Virus record (IMG/VR): IMGVR_UViG_3300028626_000002
Location: 32,001 to 96,000 of that record
Length of the DNA: 64,000 nt
From: a virus
Lineage: Duplodnaviria; Caudoviricetes
Strand: one strand, 5' to 3'
Numbering within the stretch: the first letter of the stretch is position 1; every line of letters begins with the position of its first letter. Positions 37,720 through 47,370 of the stretch are shown here, piece by piece. The notes beneath the pieces are model-generated. The model did not search any database. It was not told the DNA's origin and worked only from the letters and a program-made list of their open reading frames with translations. A program made the translations under genes and the position numbers.

Positions 37720-38393
37720 GTGAGCAGGCGCAGCAGGTCATCACGCTCCCCAAGGAGGTCTACGTCCGCCAGAGCGGCATCCTGCCGTTCGAGGTCCTGA
37801 ACAAGTCCACCGTCACGGTCATCGGTGTCGGGGCCATCGGTTCCTTCACGGCCTTCAGCCTGGCCAAGATGGGCATCGGCACCATCCACGCCTACGATCA
37901 CGACACCGTGGAGCCCCACAACCTCCCGGCGCAGTGGTACCGGCTCAAGGACCTCGAGCAGAAGAAGCCCGACGCCCTGGCCAGCCTCCTGGCGGACTTC
38001 GGCGGCAACGTCGTGAGCCACCCGGAGAAGTTCGTGGGGCAGTCGGTCCGCGGCATCGTGGTCTGCGCCGTGGACTCGATGGACGCCCGCCTGGCCATCT
38101 GGCGGCACGTCAAGAAGTGCCCCAAGGTCGACCTGTTCATCGACGGGCGCATGGGCGCCGAGGTCGGCAAGGTCTACGCCATCCGCCCGAAGAACCCCGC
38201 GGAGGTGAAGCTGTACGAGGAGGACCTGTACCCGTCGTCCGAGGCCTTCCAGGCCCCGTGCACGGAGCGCAGCACGATCTACTGCGCCACGGGCCTCAGC
38301 GCATTCATGGTCTCCGCCATCGCCGGCTTCCTGTCGGAGCGGCAGTTCCGGCCGTACATGGTCGTGGACTTCCGCAACGGCGTGATGCTGTAG
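37716..38393 (+). CDS. ThiF/E1-like activating enzyme
   Basis: IGVGAIGS, D.DTVE.HNL..Q, AVDS..AR, DGRMG; candidate catalytic Cys in APCTE. Confidence 0.9.
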   Translation: MSEQAQQVITLPKEVYVRQSGILPFEVLNKSTVTVIGVGAIGSFTAFSLAKMGIGTIHAYDHDTVEPHNLPAQWYRLKDLEQKKPDALASLLADFGGNVVSHPEKFVGQSVRGIVVCAVDSMDARLAIWRHVKKCPKVDLFIDGRMGAEVGKVYAIRPKNPAEVKLYEEDLYPSSEAFQAPCTERSTIYCATGLSAFMVSAIAGFLSERQFRPYMVVDFRNGVML

Positions 38394-38473
38394 TCCATCT
38401 GAGGGCCCCTCGTCACACCCCCCTATGGGGGGTGTGGCGGGGGGTCCCCAGAAGCGGTTATTTTAGGCCCCGT

Positions 38474-38499
38474 GTGGGCATAAGAAATACGGCAGGAGG
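38474..38499 (+). promoter_or_regulatory. Conserved promoter-like element (also at 48656 and 49215)
   Basis: GTGGG(C)ATAAGAAnTRCGG in three intergenic gaps. Confidence 0.55.
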
Positions 38500-38568
38500 T
38501 ACTGGTCGGCTGGCCCGCCAGCCCGGAGCACCAGGAGCCCTGTCGCCACACGATCAAAGAGGAACGCC

Positions 38569-39492
38569 ATGAAGAAGACCCCGAAGACCGCCCCGACCTT
38601 GACCCCGTTCCAGCAGTTCGTGGTTGGCAGCGTCATCGCCCACCTGAGGGTGATGCTGTCCGATGCGTTCGCGTACATGATCCCCCTGGCCCCCGAGGAC
38701 AAGCGCGAGGGCATCGGCGCCGCCGGCGCCGGGTGCGTCGACCTCGTCGATGAAATCGCGGGGATCCTGGCCACCACCCCGACGCCGGAGGACGTCCTTC
38801 CGGCCCTGATCGCCAACAAGCGCAAGCTGATGGCGAAGGTCGCGGCCATCGCCAGCCAGTTCTCCGGCGAGCCGGTCAAGGTCGAGGAGCTGGAGGAGTT
38901 CTTCGCGGGACTGAGGGCCCTGCGGGAGGGCGGCGAGCTCGCCGGCGACGGCGCGCGCATCAAGGAGCTGGAGACCGAGCTGACCGCGCGCGACGCGCGC
39001 ATCACCAGCCTCGAGGCCGAGCTGGCCGCCGCGCGCGCCGCGGCCCCGGCCGCCCCCGCCGCCGTGACGCCCAGGGCCGCCATGGCGCGGCTGAAGAGCG
39101 TGACCGAGAGCCTGACAGGCGCGGTCGAAGAGCTCGTCATGCAGGGTGAGCTGAGCGACAAGAGCGCGGACCTGCAGGCCGAGGTCCGGGCCTTCGTCCG
39201 CGCCGCCGGCGTGGGCGAGATGGAGGTCGCGCCGGTCGTCCCGGCCGGGATGTCCCTGGAGGACCTCCCGCGCGTCATCGGCGACTTCGCCCACGCCAAG
39301 GGCGCGGACCCGCTGCTGAAGAAGGCGGCCGCGGCCGCCAAGGCCCTGTGCGCGTCGCTCGCGCGCGACGCGGCGGCGGCGGCGCGCGAAGCCGCGAGGG
39401 CGGCGAAGGAGGAGGCCGCGGCGCGCAAGGCCGGGCTCCCCGCGTGGAACGAGCTGCTGGGGTTCACGGCGCCGAAGGCCGCGGCCGCGTAG
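38569..39492 (+). CDS. Ala-rich coiled-coil hypothetical protein
   Basis: RBS AGAGGA; codon usage. Confidence 0.6.
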   Translation: MKKTPKTAPTLTPFQQFVVGSVIAHLRVMLSDAFAYMIPLAPEDKREGIGAAGAGCVDLVDEIAGILATTPTPEDVLPALIANKRKLMAKVAAIASQFSGEPVKVEELEEFFAGLRALREGGELAGDGARIKELETELTARDARITSLEAELAAARAAAPAAPAAVTPRAAMARLKSVTESLTGAVEELVMQGELSDKSADLQAEVRAFVRAAGVGEMEVAPVVPAGMSLEDLPRVIGDFAHAKGADPLLKKAAAAAKALCASLARDAAAAAREAARAAKEEAAARKAGLPAWNELLGFTAPKAAAA

Positions 39493-39568
39493 TCGACCCC
39501 CGGGCGGGGGGAGACCGTCAAGGGACGGCTCCTCCCGCCCAGCTCGACCATGCAGGAGGTTTACGGCG

Positions 39569-40024
39569 ATGGACAGGGCAATCATCAACCTGACCCCCCA
39601 CGACATCGTCGTGCGGGGACGCAGAGGCCCGCCCGCGGTCATCCCGCGGTCGGGTACCACCGCTCGGCTCACGCAGGCCGTGGCGGAGGTCGACACCCTC
39701 GTGTACGACGGGGCGAACATCCCCGTCGTGTCCCGCCTCCCGGGTCAGGTGGTCCTCTGGAGCGAGGCCACCCGGGAGAGCAGCGTTGGTTTGCCGGCGG
39801 TCGAGCCCGGCAAGGTCTGGCTCGTGTCGAGCATCGTGCGCGGCTACATGGAGCAGGCCGCGCTCGAAGCCGAGGTCGTGCGCCTGCGGGCGCTGGTGGT
39901 CCAGCTGGGAGGGAGCCCCGGCCCGGACGTGTCCCGACGTCGCGACGTTGTGTCCCCGGACTCCGGGGGCGCGGTGCGGAACCGCGACGGGGACGTGGTC
40001 TCCATCAGCAGGCTCATCCTGTAG
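39569..40024 (+). CDS. Hypothetical phage protein
   Basis: INLTPH.I, SG..AR motif; RBS AGGAGG. Confidence 0.6.
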   Translation: MDRAIINLTPHDIVVRGRRGPPAVIPRSGTTARLTQAVAEVDTLVYDGANIPVVSRLPGQVVLWSEATRESSVGLPAVEPGKVWLVSSIVRGYMEQAALEAEVVRLRALVVQLGGSPGPDVSRRRDVVSPDSGGAVRNRDGDVVSISRLIL

Positions 40025-40195
40025 AGGAGGTGAACGTGAGGTTCCTGATCGTCCTGGGCGGCGGCGGGGGCGGTGTCGGCGGACCCTCGGACCTCCTGGC
40101 CATCCTCGCCGCCCGGGTCGCCACTGACCTGGGCGTCTCCATCACCCCGCGCGACTGATGACCCACCGCCCGTGTCAGGGCAACTGCTCAGGAAG

Positions 40196-40223
40196 AGGGG
40201 CCGCAAGGCCCCTTCTTCTTAGC
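40196..40223 (+). terminator. GNRA hairpin + TTCTTAGC
   Basis: AGGGGCC-GCAA-GGCCCCT then TTCTTAGC; same design at 48599, 49169, 49762. Confidence 0.65.
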
Positions 40224-40285
40224 TCAGGCTTGCGGAATGCTCACCAATATCGTACAGTACTCTCGGTAACCGTAGGAGGTTGCAG

Positions 40286-40885
40286 TTGGGCACTCCCAGC
40301 GCGTGTGACTTGGCGTGGGCCGCCGGCTTCTTCGACGGAGAAGGCTCGGTGTCCATTCCGCTGGTCCACCCAAAGACAAGGGGCAAGGCGTACCGTCAGA
40401 TGCAGCTGCAGGTAACCTGCACCAACACGTATCCGCAGGCCCTCAAGCGATTCCAGGAGTGGTTCGGCGGGCGGGTTACGACGGTTCACCGGGGCGCGAA
40501 GGATCACCCCCGTAAGCCCTGCTATAAATGGGCCATGGAGGCTAACGGGGCCGCCTCCTTCTTGAACGCCGTACGTCCATACCTCAAGGTAAAGCACGAG
40601 CAGGCGGACCTGGCGCTGCGATTTCAGTCCACCATGACATCCAGGAACACCGTTACGCTGGAACAGGTGGCCGAGCGGGCCGGGGTGCACGTTACCACTG
40701 CGTGCAACTATCTACGGGGGCTGCGCAAGGGTAACGCTGCAACCGTGCTGCGTCTTCAGCAGGCGGTGGCTGCCCTTGGGTGGACATCTGCGTCTGCTCA
40801 CCGGTCAGACGCTACCTGGGAAGAGCGTCTGCGCATCCGCTCCGAGATCACCAGGTTGAACCAGCAGTCGCACGCGTTGCTGTAG
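40286..40885 (+). CDS. LAGLIDADG homing endonuclease with LacI-type HTH
   Basis: LAWAAGFFDGEG; PYL.VK.EQA; VTLEQVAERAGVHVTTA. Confidence 0.8.
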   Translation: MGTPSACDLAWAAGFFDGEGSVSIPLVHPKTRGKAYRQMQLQVTCTNTYPQALKRFQEWFGGRVTTVHRGAKDHPRKPCYKWAMEANGAASFLNAVRPYLKVKHEQADLALRFQSTMTSRNTVTLEQVAERAGVHVTTACNYLRGLRKGNAATVLRLQQAVAALGWTSASAHRSDATWEERLRIRSEITRLNQQSHALL

Positions 40886-40943
40886 GTTGTTCTGCAACCT
40901 GCCGGAATGGTACCATCAAGCTCGGTAGGAGGTGCGTGGGCAA

Positions 40944-43900
40944 ATGGCGATCAGTTATGACGCAAAGGCGACGGTCGACTCCCTGATCAACACGGTTGCC
41001 AAGCGCATCGGGGTCATCTTCCCCATCGAAGGGCGGCAGCACACGCTCGAGGTGCAGGACGTGCAGGCCTCGGGCGACTGGGACATGAAGGACATCGACG
41101 GGTACATGCGTGCCAAGCTCCACGGACGCACGTGGGGCCTGCCTATCACCGGCACGCTCGTCGTGCGGGACAAGGCGACGGGCAAGGTGCTCGACCGCAA
41201 GCAGAACGCCCGCCTGATGACCCTGCCCGTGATGACCCGGCACTTCTCGTACATCGTGGACGGCAAGGAGTTCGACGCCACCCGTCAGTGGCGCCTGAAG
41301 GCCGGCGTGTACCACCGTGTGAAGGCGAACGGTCAGCTGGAGGCCCAGTGGAACCTCAGCGAGGGGCGCGGCTTCCACACCGCCTTCGACCCCGCTCGGC
41401 ACAAGTTCACGATGCAGTACGCGTCGTCCACCGTGTCGCTGTACCCGGTCCTGCGTGCTCTGGGCACGTCGGATGCCGAGATCAGCCGGGCATGGGGGCC
41501 GGACCTGCTCGAGGGCAATGTCGGGTCTCCCGCGACCAGCGCCAGGGACCTCACGAAGCTCTACAAGGCCATCACCGGCAAGCCCCCGGCGGACGAGAAG
41601 GAGATGCTGCTGACCATTCGCGACACGTTCGCGAAGACGGCCATGCGCCCCGACGTCAACAAGATCACCCTCGGCCGGCCCGACGACCGGGTCACCCCTG
41701 GTGGGCTGCTGCAGTCCTCCAAGCGCCTGTTGGACATGTCCCGGGGCAAGGGGGAGCCCGATGCCCGCGACAGCGTGGTGTTCAAGGAGCTGCTGGACAT
41801 CGACGACTTCGTCGACGACCGCCTCGTGGCGATGACCCGCAAGATCCAGGGCAAGGTGCGCAACCGACTGGACCACGAGAACAAGGTCGACGCCATCTAC
41901 TCCGCGGACTACATGAACCACCCCGTCAAGACGTTCTTCACGGGGATGTCGCTGGCGGAGCAGCCGCGGCAGGTGAACCCCGTCGACATGTTCAGCTCCA
42001 TGACGAAGACCACGGTCATGGGCGAGGGCGGCATCCAGTCTTCCCACGGTGTGCCCCTCGAGGCACGCATCCTCGACAACAGCCACGTGGGCGTGCTGGA
42101 CCCCATCCACAGCCCCGAGGGCGGGAAGGTGGGCATCAACCTGCATCTGGCCCTGGGCGCCGGCAAGCAGGGCAGGGAACCCACGCTCTACGTGCGCGAC
42201 CCGGCAACCGGCAAGATCGAGACCAAGACCGTGCAGGACCTGGAGCCCCTGACCCTGGCGTTCCCCGACCAGTTCATCCGCCGGCCGGACGGCAAGATGC
42301 AGCCGGTGGCGAAGATGGTCACCGCCCTGGGGCCGGGCAACGAGATCGTGCGGGTGCCGGCGTCGAAGGTGGACTTCGTCTTGCCGACGCCCAAGGCCAT
42401 GTTCAGCATCACCGGCAACCTCGTCCCGTTCCTCCAGAACACCTCCGGCCCGCGCGTGTCCTACGCGATGCACCACATGGAGCAGGCCCTGGCACTGAAG
42501 TACCGGGAGCAGCCCCTCATCGCGGTGGCCTCCGGCGGTGAGCGCGCCCCCACCTTCGAGGACCTCGTCGGCAGGTACTTCACCTCCCGGGCTCCCGTGG
42601 ACGGCCGCGTCGTGCGCGTCGCCAAGGACCACATCAGCATCCGGGGGACCGACGGCAAGCTCTACAAGGAGCCGCTGTACGTCGACTACCCGCTGAACGA
42701 GAAGTCGGCGTTCATCAACAGCGAGCCGGTGGTCAAGGCGGGCGACAAGGTCGAGAAGGGACAGGTCGTCGCGGACACGAACCACACCCGGGACGGGCAG
42801 CTGGCCCTGGGCGTGAACCTCAAGACCGCGTACATGCCCTACCTCTCGAACACCTACGACGACGCCATCGTCATCTCGGAGTCGGCGTCGCAGAAGCTCA
42901 CGTCGCAGCACCTGTACAAGGAGCGCCTGGACGTCGACGAGGACATCACCGTCGACAAGGCCAAGTACCGGGCCATGTACCGCGACCGTCTGGACGACCG
43001 GCAGGCGAAGCAGCTGGACAACGAGGGTGTGGTACAGGAGGGCACCGTCGTACAGCCCGGGGACGTGCTGGTGACGGCTCTGCGGAAGCGCAGCCCCACC
43101 GAGGAAGAGCTGCTGGTCCGCGGCATCGCGAAGAGTCTGGCCCGGCCCTTCGCCGACGTGGCCGTGCGGTGGGAGAGCCAGTACCCGGGCGTGGTCAAGC
43201 GTGTGGTGAAGAACGGGGACAACATCCAGGTTCACGTGGCCAGTGAGGAGCCGGCCGGCGTGGGCGACAAGCTCTGCTTCGACCCCGAGACCGAGTACCT
43301 GGTGGAAGGCAAGGGCTGGGTGAAGAGCCCGCTGCTCACGCCGGACGACCGAGTGCTCACGTACAAGGCCCCCGAGAACCCCAGCCACCGCCGGTCCACC
43401 GCGGATGGGTGGCTCGAGTGGCAGTACCCGACACGGGTCGTGGAGTTCGACCACGACGGCCAGATGTACCGCGTGCTGACGGCCGAGATCGACCAGTTCG
43501 TGACGCCGAACCACAACCTCTACGTGAAGGTGCTGACGCGTGACCATCAGACCCTCCGGCAGAACCGCTTCCGGCTGGTGCAGGCCAGGAAGGTGCTGGG
43601 CAAGCCCGTCGTGCACGCGCAGTACGGCGCCAACGAGAATGTCCATGAGCCGGCCTCCCTGGAGTTCGGCAAGCGGACGGTGCCCACGCGGTCGTACCTG
43701 AAGCTGCTGGCCCACCTGTTCCGTCACGGCATCCGCCGGGACCAGCTGGTGTTCTTCCCCGGCAACGGCTACTCGGCGTCCTGCCGGCAGGCCATGGACG
43801 AGTGCGGCATCACGTACTCCATCCGCACCGTGGACAGCCGCGGCGGGCTGCTGACGAGCGACCCGCTGGTCTGCGACGTGGACTTCGAGAACAGCCTCCC

Positions 43901-45518
43901 GGCGTTCCTGGACACCCTGCCCACCCGGACCCTCAGCGCGTTCCTCCACGACCTGTTCCGCGGCACCCCGATGCTGTCCACCCAGCGCCACGGGGCCGGG
44001 TGCACCCGCATCGTGAACCGCAGCATGATCGACAGGCTGCAGGAACTGGGCGTCCGCGCCCGGGTGGTGTTCTGCGTGTCCCCCGGCCCGGGGGACAAGT
44101 ACACGGCGTCCATCACCGTTCTCGGCAGTCGCGCGGCGGTGGGGAGCCCCGTCAACTTCGAACGGCGCGGGAAGAACGATGGCCTGGTGCAGTACACCGG
44201 CAAGGTCTACTGCTGCACGGTCCCGAACGGCATCCTGGTGACCCGCCGGAACTTCAAGGTGGTGCTCTCGGGCAACAGCGGCCGGCATGGCAACAAGGGC
44301 GTCATCTCGACGGTCCTGCCTGACGACCAGATGCCGCGCACCAAGGACGGGCCGGTCGACATCATCCTGAACCCCCTCGGCATCCCGAGCCGCATCAACG
44401 TGGGCACGGTCCTCGAGACCAGCCTGTCGAAGGTGGCGAAGAAGGAGGGGCGGCAGATCGCCGTGTCGAACTTCGAGCCCGACCCCTCGAAGCGCATCGT
44501 CCGCAAGACCATTCATGTGGCCCCTCACTCCCGTACCATCCAGACGAAGGAGGGCCCCAAGACCGTCCAGGTGGAGGGATACTCCTATGAGCGCGACTAC
44601 ACGGAAGCGGTCGAGGCGGAACTCGCGAAGGCGGAAATCTCCGAGAAGGAAGAGGTCACGGATCCGGTGTCCGGGAAGAGCGTGGGCAACGTCCTGGTGG
44701 GTTACCAGTACACCATCAAGCATGTCCACCAGGCTGAGAAGAAGCTCGCCGCCCGCTCTGGGGGCCCCGGGTACGACTACGACGCCAACATGGCTCCCAA
44801 GTCGTCCGGCCATGCCAGTGGCCAGTCGATGGGCGAGCTGGGCCTCTACAGCCTGCTGAGCCACGGCGCCCTCAGCCTCATCCGCGAGGGCACCACGTAC
44901 AAGTCCGATGCCTCCCAGAGCGAGGTGTGGACCGCGCTCCAGACCGGTGAGCCCCTGCCCCCGCCGAAGCCCAGCTTCGCCTACGGGAAGTTCCTGTCCC
45001 TGCTGTCGGCCATGGGCGTGGCCGTGGATCGCACGGGCAGTCAGCTGAGCCTGCGGCCGACCACCGACGAGGATGTCCTGAAGCGGTCGAATGGCGAGCT
45101 GAAGGAGTCCACGCTGACCCTCCGCGCCAAGGACCTGAAGCCGGAGGAGGGCGGGCTCTTCGACGAGCGCATCACCGGCGGCATCCGGGGGGACCGCTGG
45201 TGCTTCGCGCACGACACGCTGGTGCTGACCGAGTGGGGTCCCATGCGCATCGGGACTCTCGTCGAGCACCGCATCCAGGTTCGAGTGTGGTCCTACGACT
45301 TCCAGGCGAAGGAGTTCGTGCTGCGACCCATCACCGAGTGGCACCGGAACGAGACCGACCCGTCTGTCGAGCCGGTGGGCACGCTGGTCTACCACACGCC
45401 GTACGGTGTCCTGGAGGCCCTGCACGGCACCTTCAAGCACGAGCTGATGACCGAGGATGGCGGGCGGCGGCCCATGGGTGAATCCGAGGCGCTCCTCTAC
45501 GTGGACCAGGACGCATGA
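40944..45518 (+). CDS. rpoB: Phage RNA polymerase beta subunit fused to beta' N-terminus; cis intein and C-terminal split-intein N-half
   Basis: SPEG.KVGI, LALGVNL, DDAIVIS, GDKL|SGRHGNKG, ILNPLGIPSRINVG, GQSMGELG, then beta'-type KPEEGGLFDERITG. Confidence 0.9.
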   Translation: MAISYDAKATVDSLINTVAKRIGVIFPIEGRQHTLEVQDVQASGDWDMKDIDGYMRAKLHGRTWGLPITGTLVVRDKATGKVLDRKQNARLMTLPVMTRHFSYIVDGKEFDATRQWRLKAGVYHRVKANGQLEAQWNLSEGRGFHTAFDPARHKFTMQYASSTVSLYPVLRALGTSDAEISRAWGPDLLEGNVGSPATSARDLTKLYKAITGKPPADEKEMLLTIRDTFAKTAMRPDVNKITLGRPDDRVTPGGLLQSSKRLLDMSRGKGEPDARDSVVFKELLDIDDFVDDRLVAMTRKIQGKVRNRLDHENKVDAIYSADYMNHPVKTFFTGMSLAEQPRQVNPVDMFSSMTKTTVMGEGGIQSSHGVPLEARILDNSHVGVLDPIHSPEGGKVGINLHLALGAGKQGREPTLYVRDPATGKIETKTVQDLEPLTLAFPDQFIRRPDGKMQPVAKMVTALGPGNEIVRVPASKVDFVLPTPKAMFSITGNLVPFLQNTSGPRVSYAMHHMEQALALKYREQPLIAVASGGERAPTFEDLVGRYFTSRAPVDGRVVRVAKDHISIRGTDGKLYKEPLYVDYPLNEKSAFINSEPVVKAGDKVEKGQVVADTNHTRDGQLALGVNLKTAYMPYLSNTYDDAIVISESASQKLTSQHLYKERLDVDEDITVDKAKYRAMYRDRLDDRQAKQLDNEGVVQEGTVVQPGDVLVTALRKRSPTEEELLVRGIAKSLARPFADVAVRWESQYPGVVKRVVKNGDNIQVHVASEEPAGVGDKLCFDPETEYLVEGKGWVKSPLLTPDDRVLTYKAPENPSHRRSTADGWLEWQYPTRVVEFDHDGQMYRVLTAEIDQFVTPNHNLYVKVLTRDHQTLRQNRFRLVQARKVLGKPVVHAQYGANENVHEPASLEFGKRTVPTRSYLKLLAHLFRHGIRRDQLVFFPGNGYSASCRQAMDECGITYSIRTVDSRGGLLTSDPLVCDVDFENSLPAFLDTLPTRTLSAFLHDLFRGTPMLSTQRHGAGCTRIVNRSMIDRLQELGVRARVVFCVSPGPGDKYTASITVLGSRAAVGSPVNFERRGKNDGLVQYTGKVYCCTVPNGILVTRRNFKVVLSGNSGRHGNKGVISTVLPDDQMPRTKDGPVDIILNPLGIPSRINVGTVLETSLSKVAKKEGRQIAVSNFEPDPSKRIVRKTIHVAPHSRTIQTKEGPKTVQVEGYSYERDYTEAVEAELAKAEISEKEEVTDPVSGKSVGNVLVGYQYTIKHVHQAEKKLAARSGGPGYDYDANMAPKSSGHASGQSMGELGLYSLLSHGALSLIREGTTYKSDASQSEVWTALQTGEPLPPPKPSFAYGKFLSLLSAMGVAVDRTGSQLSLRPTTDEDVLKRSNGELKESTLTLRAKDLKPEEGGLFDERITGGIRGDRWCFAHDTLVLTEWGPMRIGTLVEHRIQVRVWSYDFQAKEFVLRPITEWHRNETDPSVEPVGTLVYHTPYGVLEALHGTFKHELMTEDGGRRPMGESEALLYVDQDA
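43275..44276 (+). mobile_element. Cis intein (334 aa) in RNAP beta
   Basis: Starts CFD; block B VTPNH; block F VYCCTV; ends SGN before Ser; removal restores GDKLSGRHGNKG. Confidence 0.9.
45201..45515 (+). mobile_element. Split intein N-fragment (105 aa)
   Basis: CFAHDTLVLT..G...I..LV, block B GTFKH, then stop with no terminal Asn. Confidence 0.85.
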
Positions 45519-46147
45519 ACAGGACGCTCACCAGGGACCAGATGCTCGAGCTCCAGCACAAGCACGCACCCGACGTGCAGCTGGTGGCCGAGCCGAAGCA
45601 CTGGATCGGCAGCTTCTACATGCCGAAGTCCCGGGTGGCGAAGGCGCTGTACGGCGACTACCCCGAGAGCATCGTGGCCCCCGGCAAGTCCCCCGGCGTG
45701 TTCCTGCATGAGTTGGGGCATGCCACTCCGAGCAAGCTCCGCTCGGCGCTGCACCCCTTCTACTCCGTCGGCGGGGCCGGGTCGGCCATGATGCTGTTCG
45801 CCCCCGGCAAGGCCCGGCTGGCCGGCGCTGCGCTCTACGCTCCGACCGTGGCCGAAGAGGTCCGGGCCTGGGTGGCGGCCAAGAAGTACGCCAAGGAGCA
45901 CGGCATCCACATCGACGCGAAGTACCCGGCGTTGGGACTGGGCAGCTACATGCTGCCACCGGTCTACGCCGCGGTGCACGCGCTGAAGCGAAAGGGCATG
46001 CGCCCGCTGACGGCGAAGGGCCGCAAGATCGCCTGGGCCACCACCGGCGCCGTCATCGGGGTGCAGGAGGCTCTGGACTACCTGCAGGGGCGGAAGGCTG
46101 TCAGGGCGCTGCGCCGGGCGCAGGAGAACGGGGGGCAGTTCCGATGA
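45515..46147 (+). CDS. HExxH zinc metallopeptidase-like protein
   Basis: FLHELGHA with downstream EE.RAW. Confidence 0.55.
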   Translation: MNRTLTRDQMLELQHKHAPDVQLVAEPKHWIGSFYMPKSRVAKALYGDYPESIVAPGKSPGVFLHELGHATPSKLRSALHPFYSVGGAGSAMMLFAPGKARLAGAALYAPTVAEEVRAWVAAKKYAKEHGIHIDAKYPALGLGSYMLPPVYAAVHALKRKGMRPLTAKGRKIAWATTGAVIGVQEALDYLQGRKAVRALRRAQENGGQFR

Positions 46148-46689
46148 GGGGTGCTGACTCCATCCAGTACCTGCGAGGCCTGGGCGTCTTCCCCGGCCGT
46201 GGACGCCGGACCATCATCAGTCGCCTCTACAAGCACCACATCGGGGGCTACGACAGCGGGAAGTGGATCCAGAAGCAGGCAGCCTGTGACCCTCGCCTCA
46301 AGCTCCTCGGTTGCGTGGCCGGCATCAGGGTCTTCCAGGTGGACGGCGAGGCGGTGCGCCTGCACTACCTCGCCGACTTCGTCCAGGGAGGCAACCACGA
46401 GGTCTACCCGTGGGTCCCGGAGAACGAGGTCTGGGTCGAGGACAACCTCTCCCGCCCCAAGGCCCTACTCATCGCCCTGCACGAGCTCGTCGAGCGGGCA
46501 TGGATGAAGCGCGGCCGCAAGTACCCAGTGGCCCACGTGTACGCCTTGTCGGTGGAGCGCTACTGCAGGCAGCACCCCGCCGCCATTCACACCCTGCTCA
46601 CCGCGGCGGCCCACGGCGTCCTCTTGGCCATGCCCGAGGAGCGCAAGGTCATCGAGCGGCAGAACGCTCGCGCGCGCAGCGAGGGCTGA
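46144..46689 (+). CDS. Hypothetical protein (HExxE motif)
   Basis: LHELVE...AH; ATGA coupling. Confidence 0.5.
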   Translation: MRGADSIQYLRGLGVFPGRGRRTIISRLYKHHIGGYDSGKWIQKQAACDPRLKLLGCVAGIRVFQVDGEAVRLHYLADFVQGGNHEVYPWVPENEVWVEDNLSRPKALLIALHELVERAWMKRGRKYPVAHVYALSVERYCRQHPAAIHTLLTAAAHGVLLAMPEERKVIERQNARARSEG

Positions 46690-46721
46690 CGCCCGGCAAG
46701 AACGTGATTTCTCAGGTATAA

Positions 46722-47363
46722 GTGCCTTGCACCCCGAACCATAGGAGGTCTACGTTGGGAGCCCCTCGTCGTCCGCCGGAAGTGAAGGCAGAGGAGGCCA
46801 CGCCGCACCAGAAGTACTGGCTGGCCAACGGCATGGAGGTCCGGCCGTTCCGGTGGGACCCCAGCACCGAGAGCGTCATGTGCAGCCGGGAGATCAGCCC
46901 GGGGCACCGCAAGCGCGACTACCCCGTCAAGTTCGGCACTACTCTCTTTACCACCCCGCCGCTGAAGGTCGAGAAGCCGGCGGCGGGGGAGGAGCAGTTC
47001 GACACGTCCGCAGCCAGGACCGTCCGCCTGGATTGCACCAAGCCCAACCTCAGCGGTCCGCTCAGCCCGGAGTTCCGGGAAGAACTCCAGGTGCCGACGG
47101 CAGGCGCAGCGCTCCCGCCGGTCCAGGCCAACGCGGCGCCTGACGACGCCATGGGTCGCATGATGGCGCTCCACGCTCTTCGAGAGGCCATGACGGCGGC
47201 TCTGAGCGAGAACACCAGCCGGAAGTGGCAGTACTTCCTCATCGCCTGCCGCCTCAACCCGCAGCTGCGGGCCACGAAGTCCATCCTGGTTCAGGCCGAA
47301 CTGGACGCCCGGGCGGTGGACGCCCAGTCGACGGAAATCATGAACGCTGCCAAGAAGCTCTAG
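46722..47363 (+). CDS. Hypothetical protein (start uncertain)
   Basis: ORF downstream of GGTATAAG motif. Confidence 0.45.
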   Translation: MPCTPNHRRSTLGAPRRPPEVKAEEATPHQKYWLANGMEVRPFRWDPSTESVMCSREISPGHRKRDYPVKFGTTLFTTPPLKVEKPAAGEEQFDTSAARTVRLDCTKPNLSGPLSPEFREELQVPTAGAALPPVQANAAPDDAMGRMMALHALREAMTAALSENTSRKWQYFLIACRLNPQLRATKSILVQAELDARAVDAQSTEIMNAAKKL

Positions 47364-47370
47364 GAGAGGA

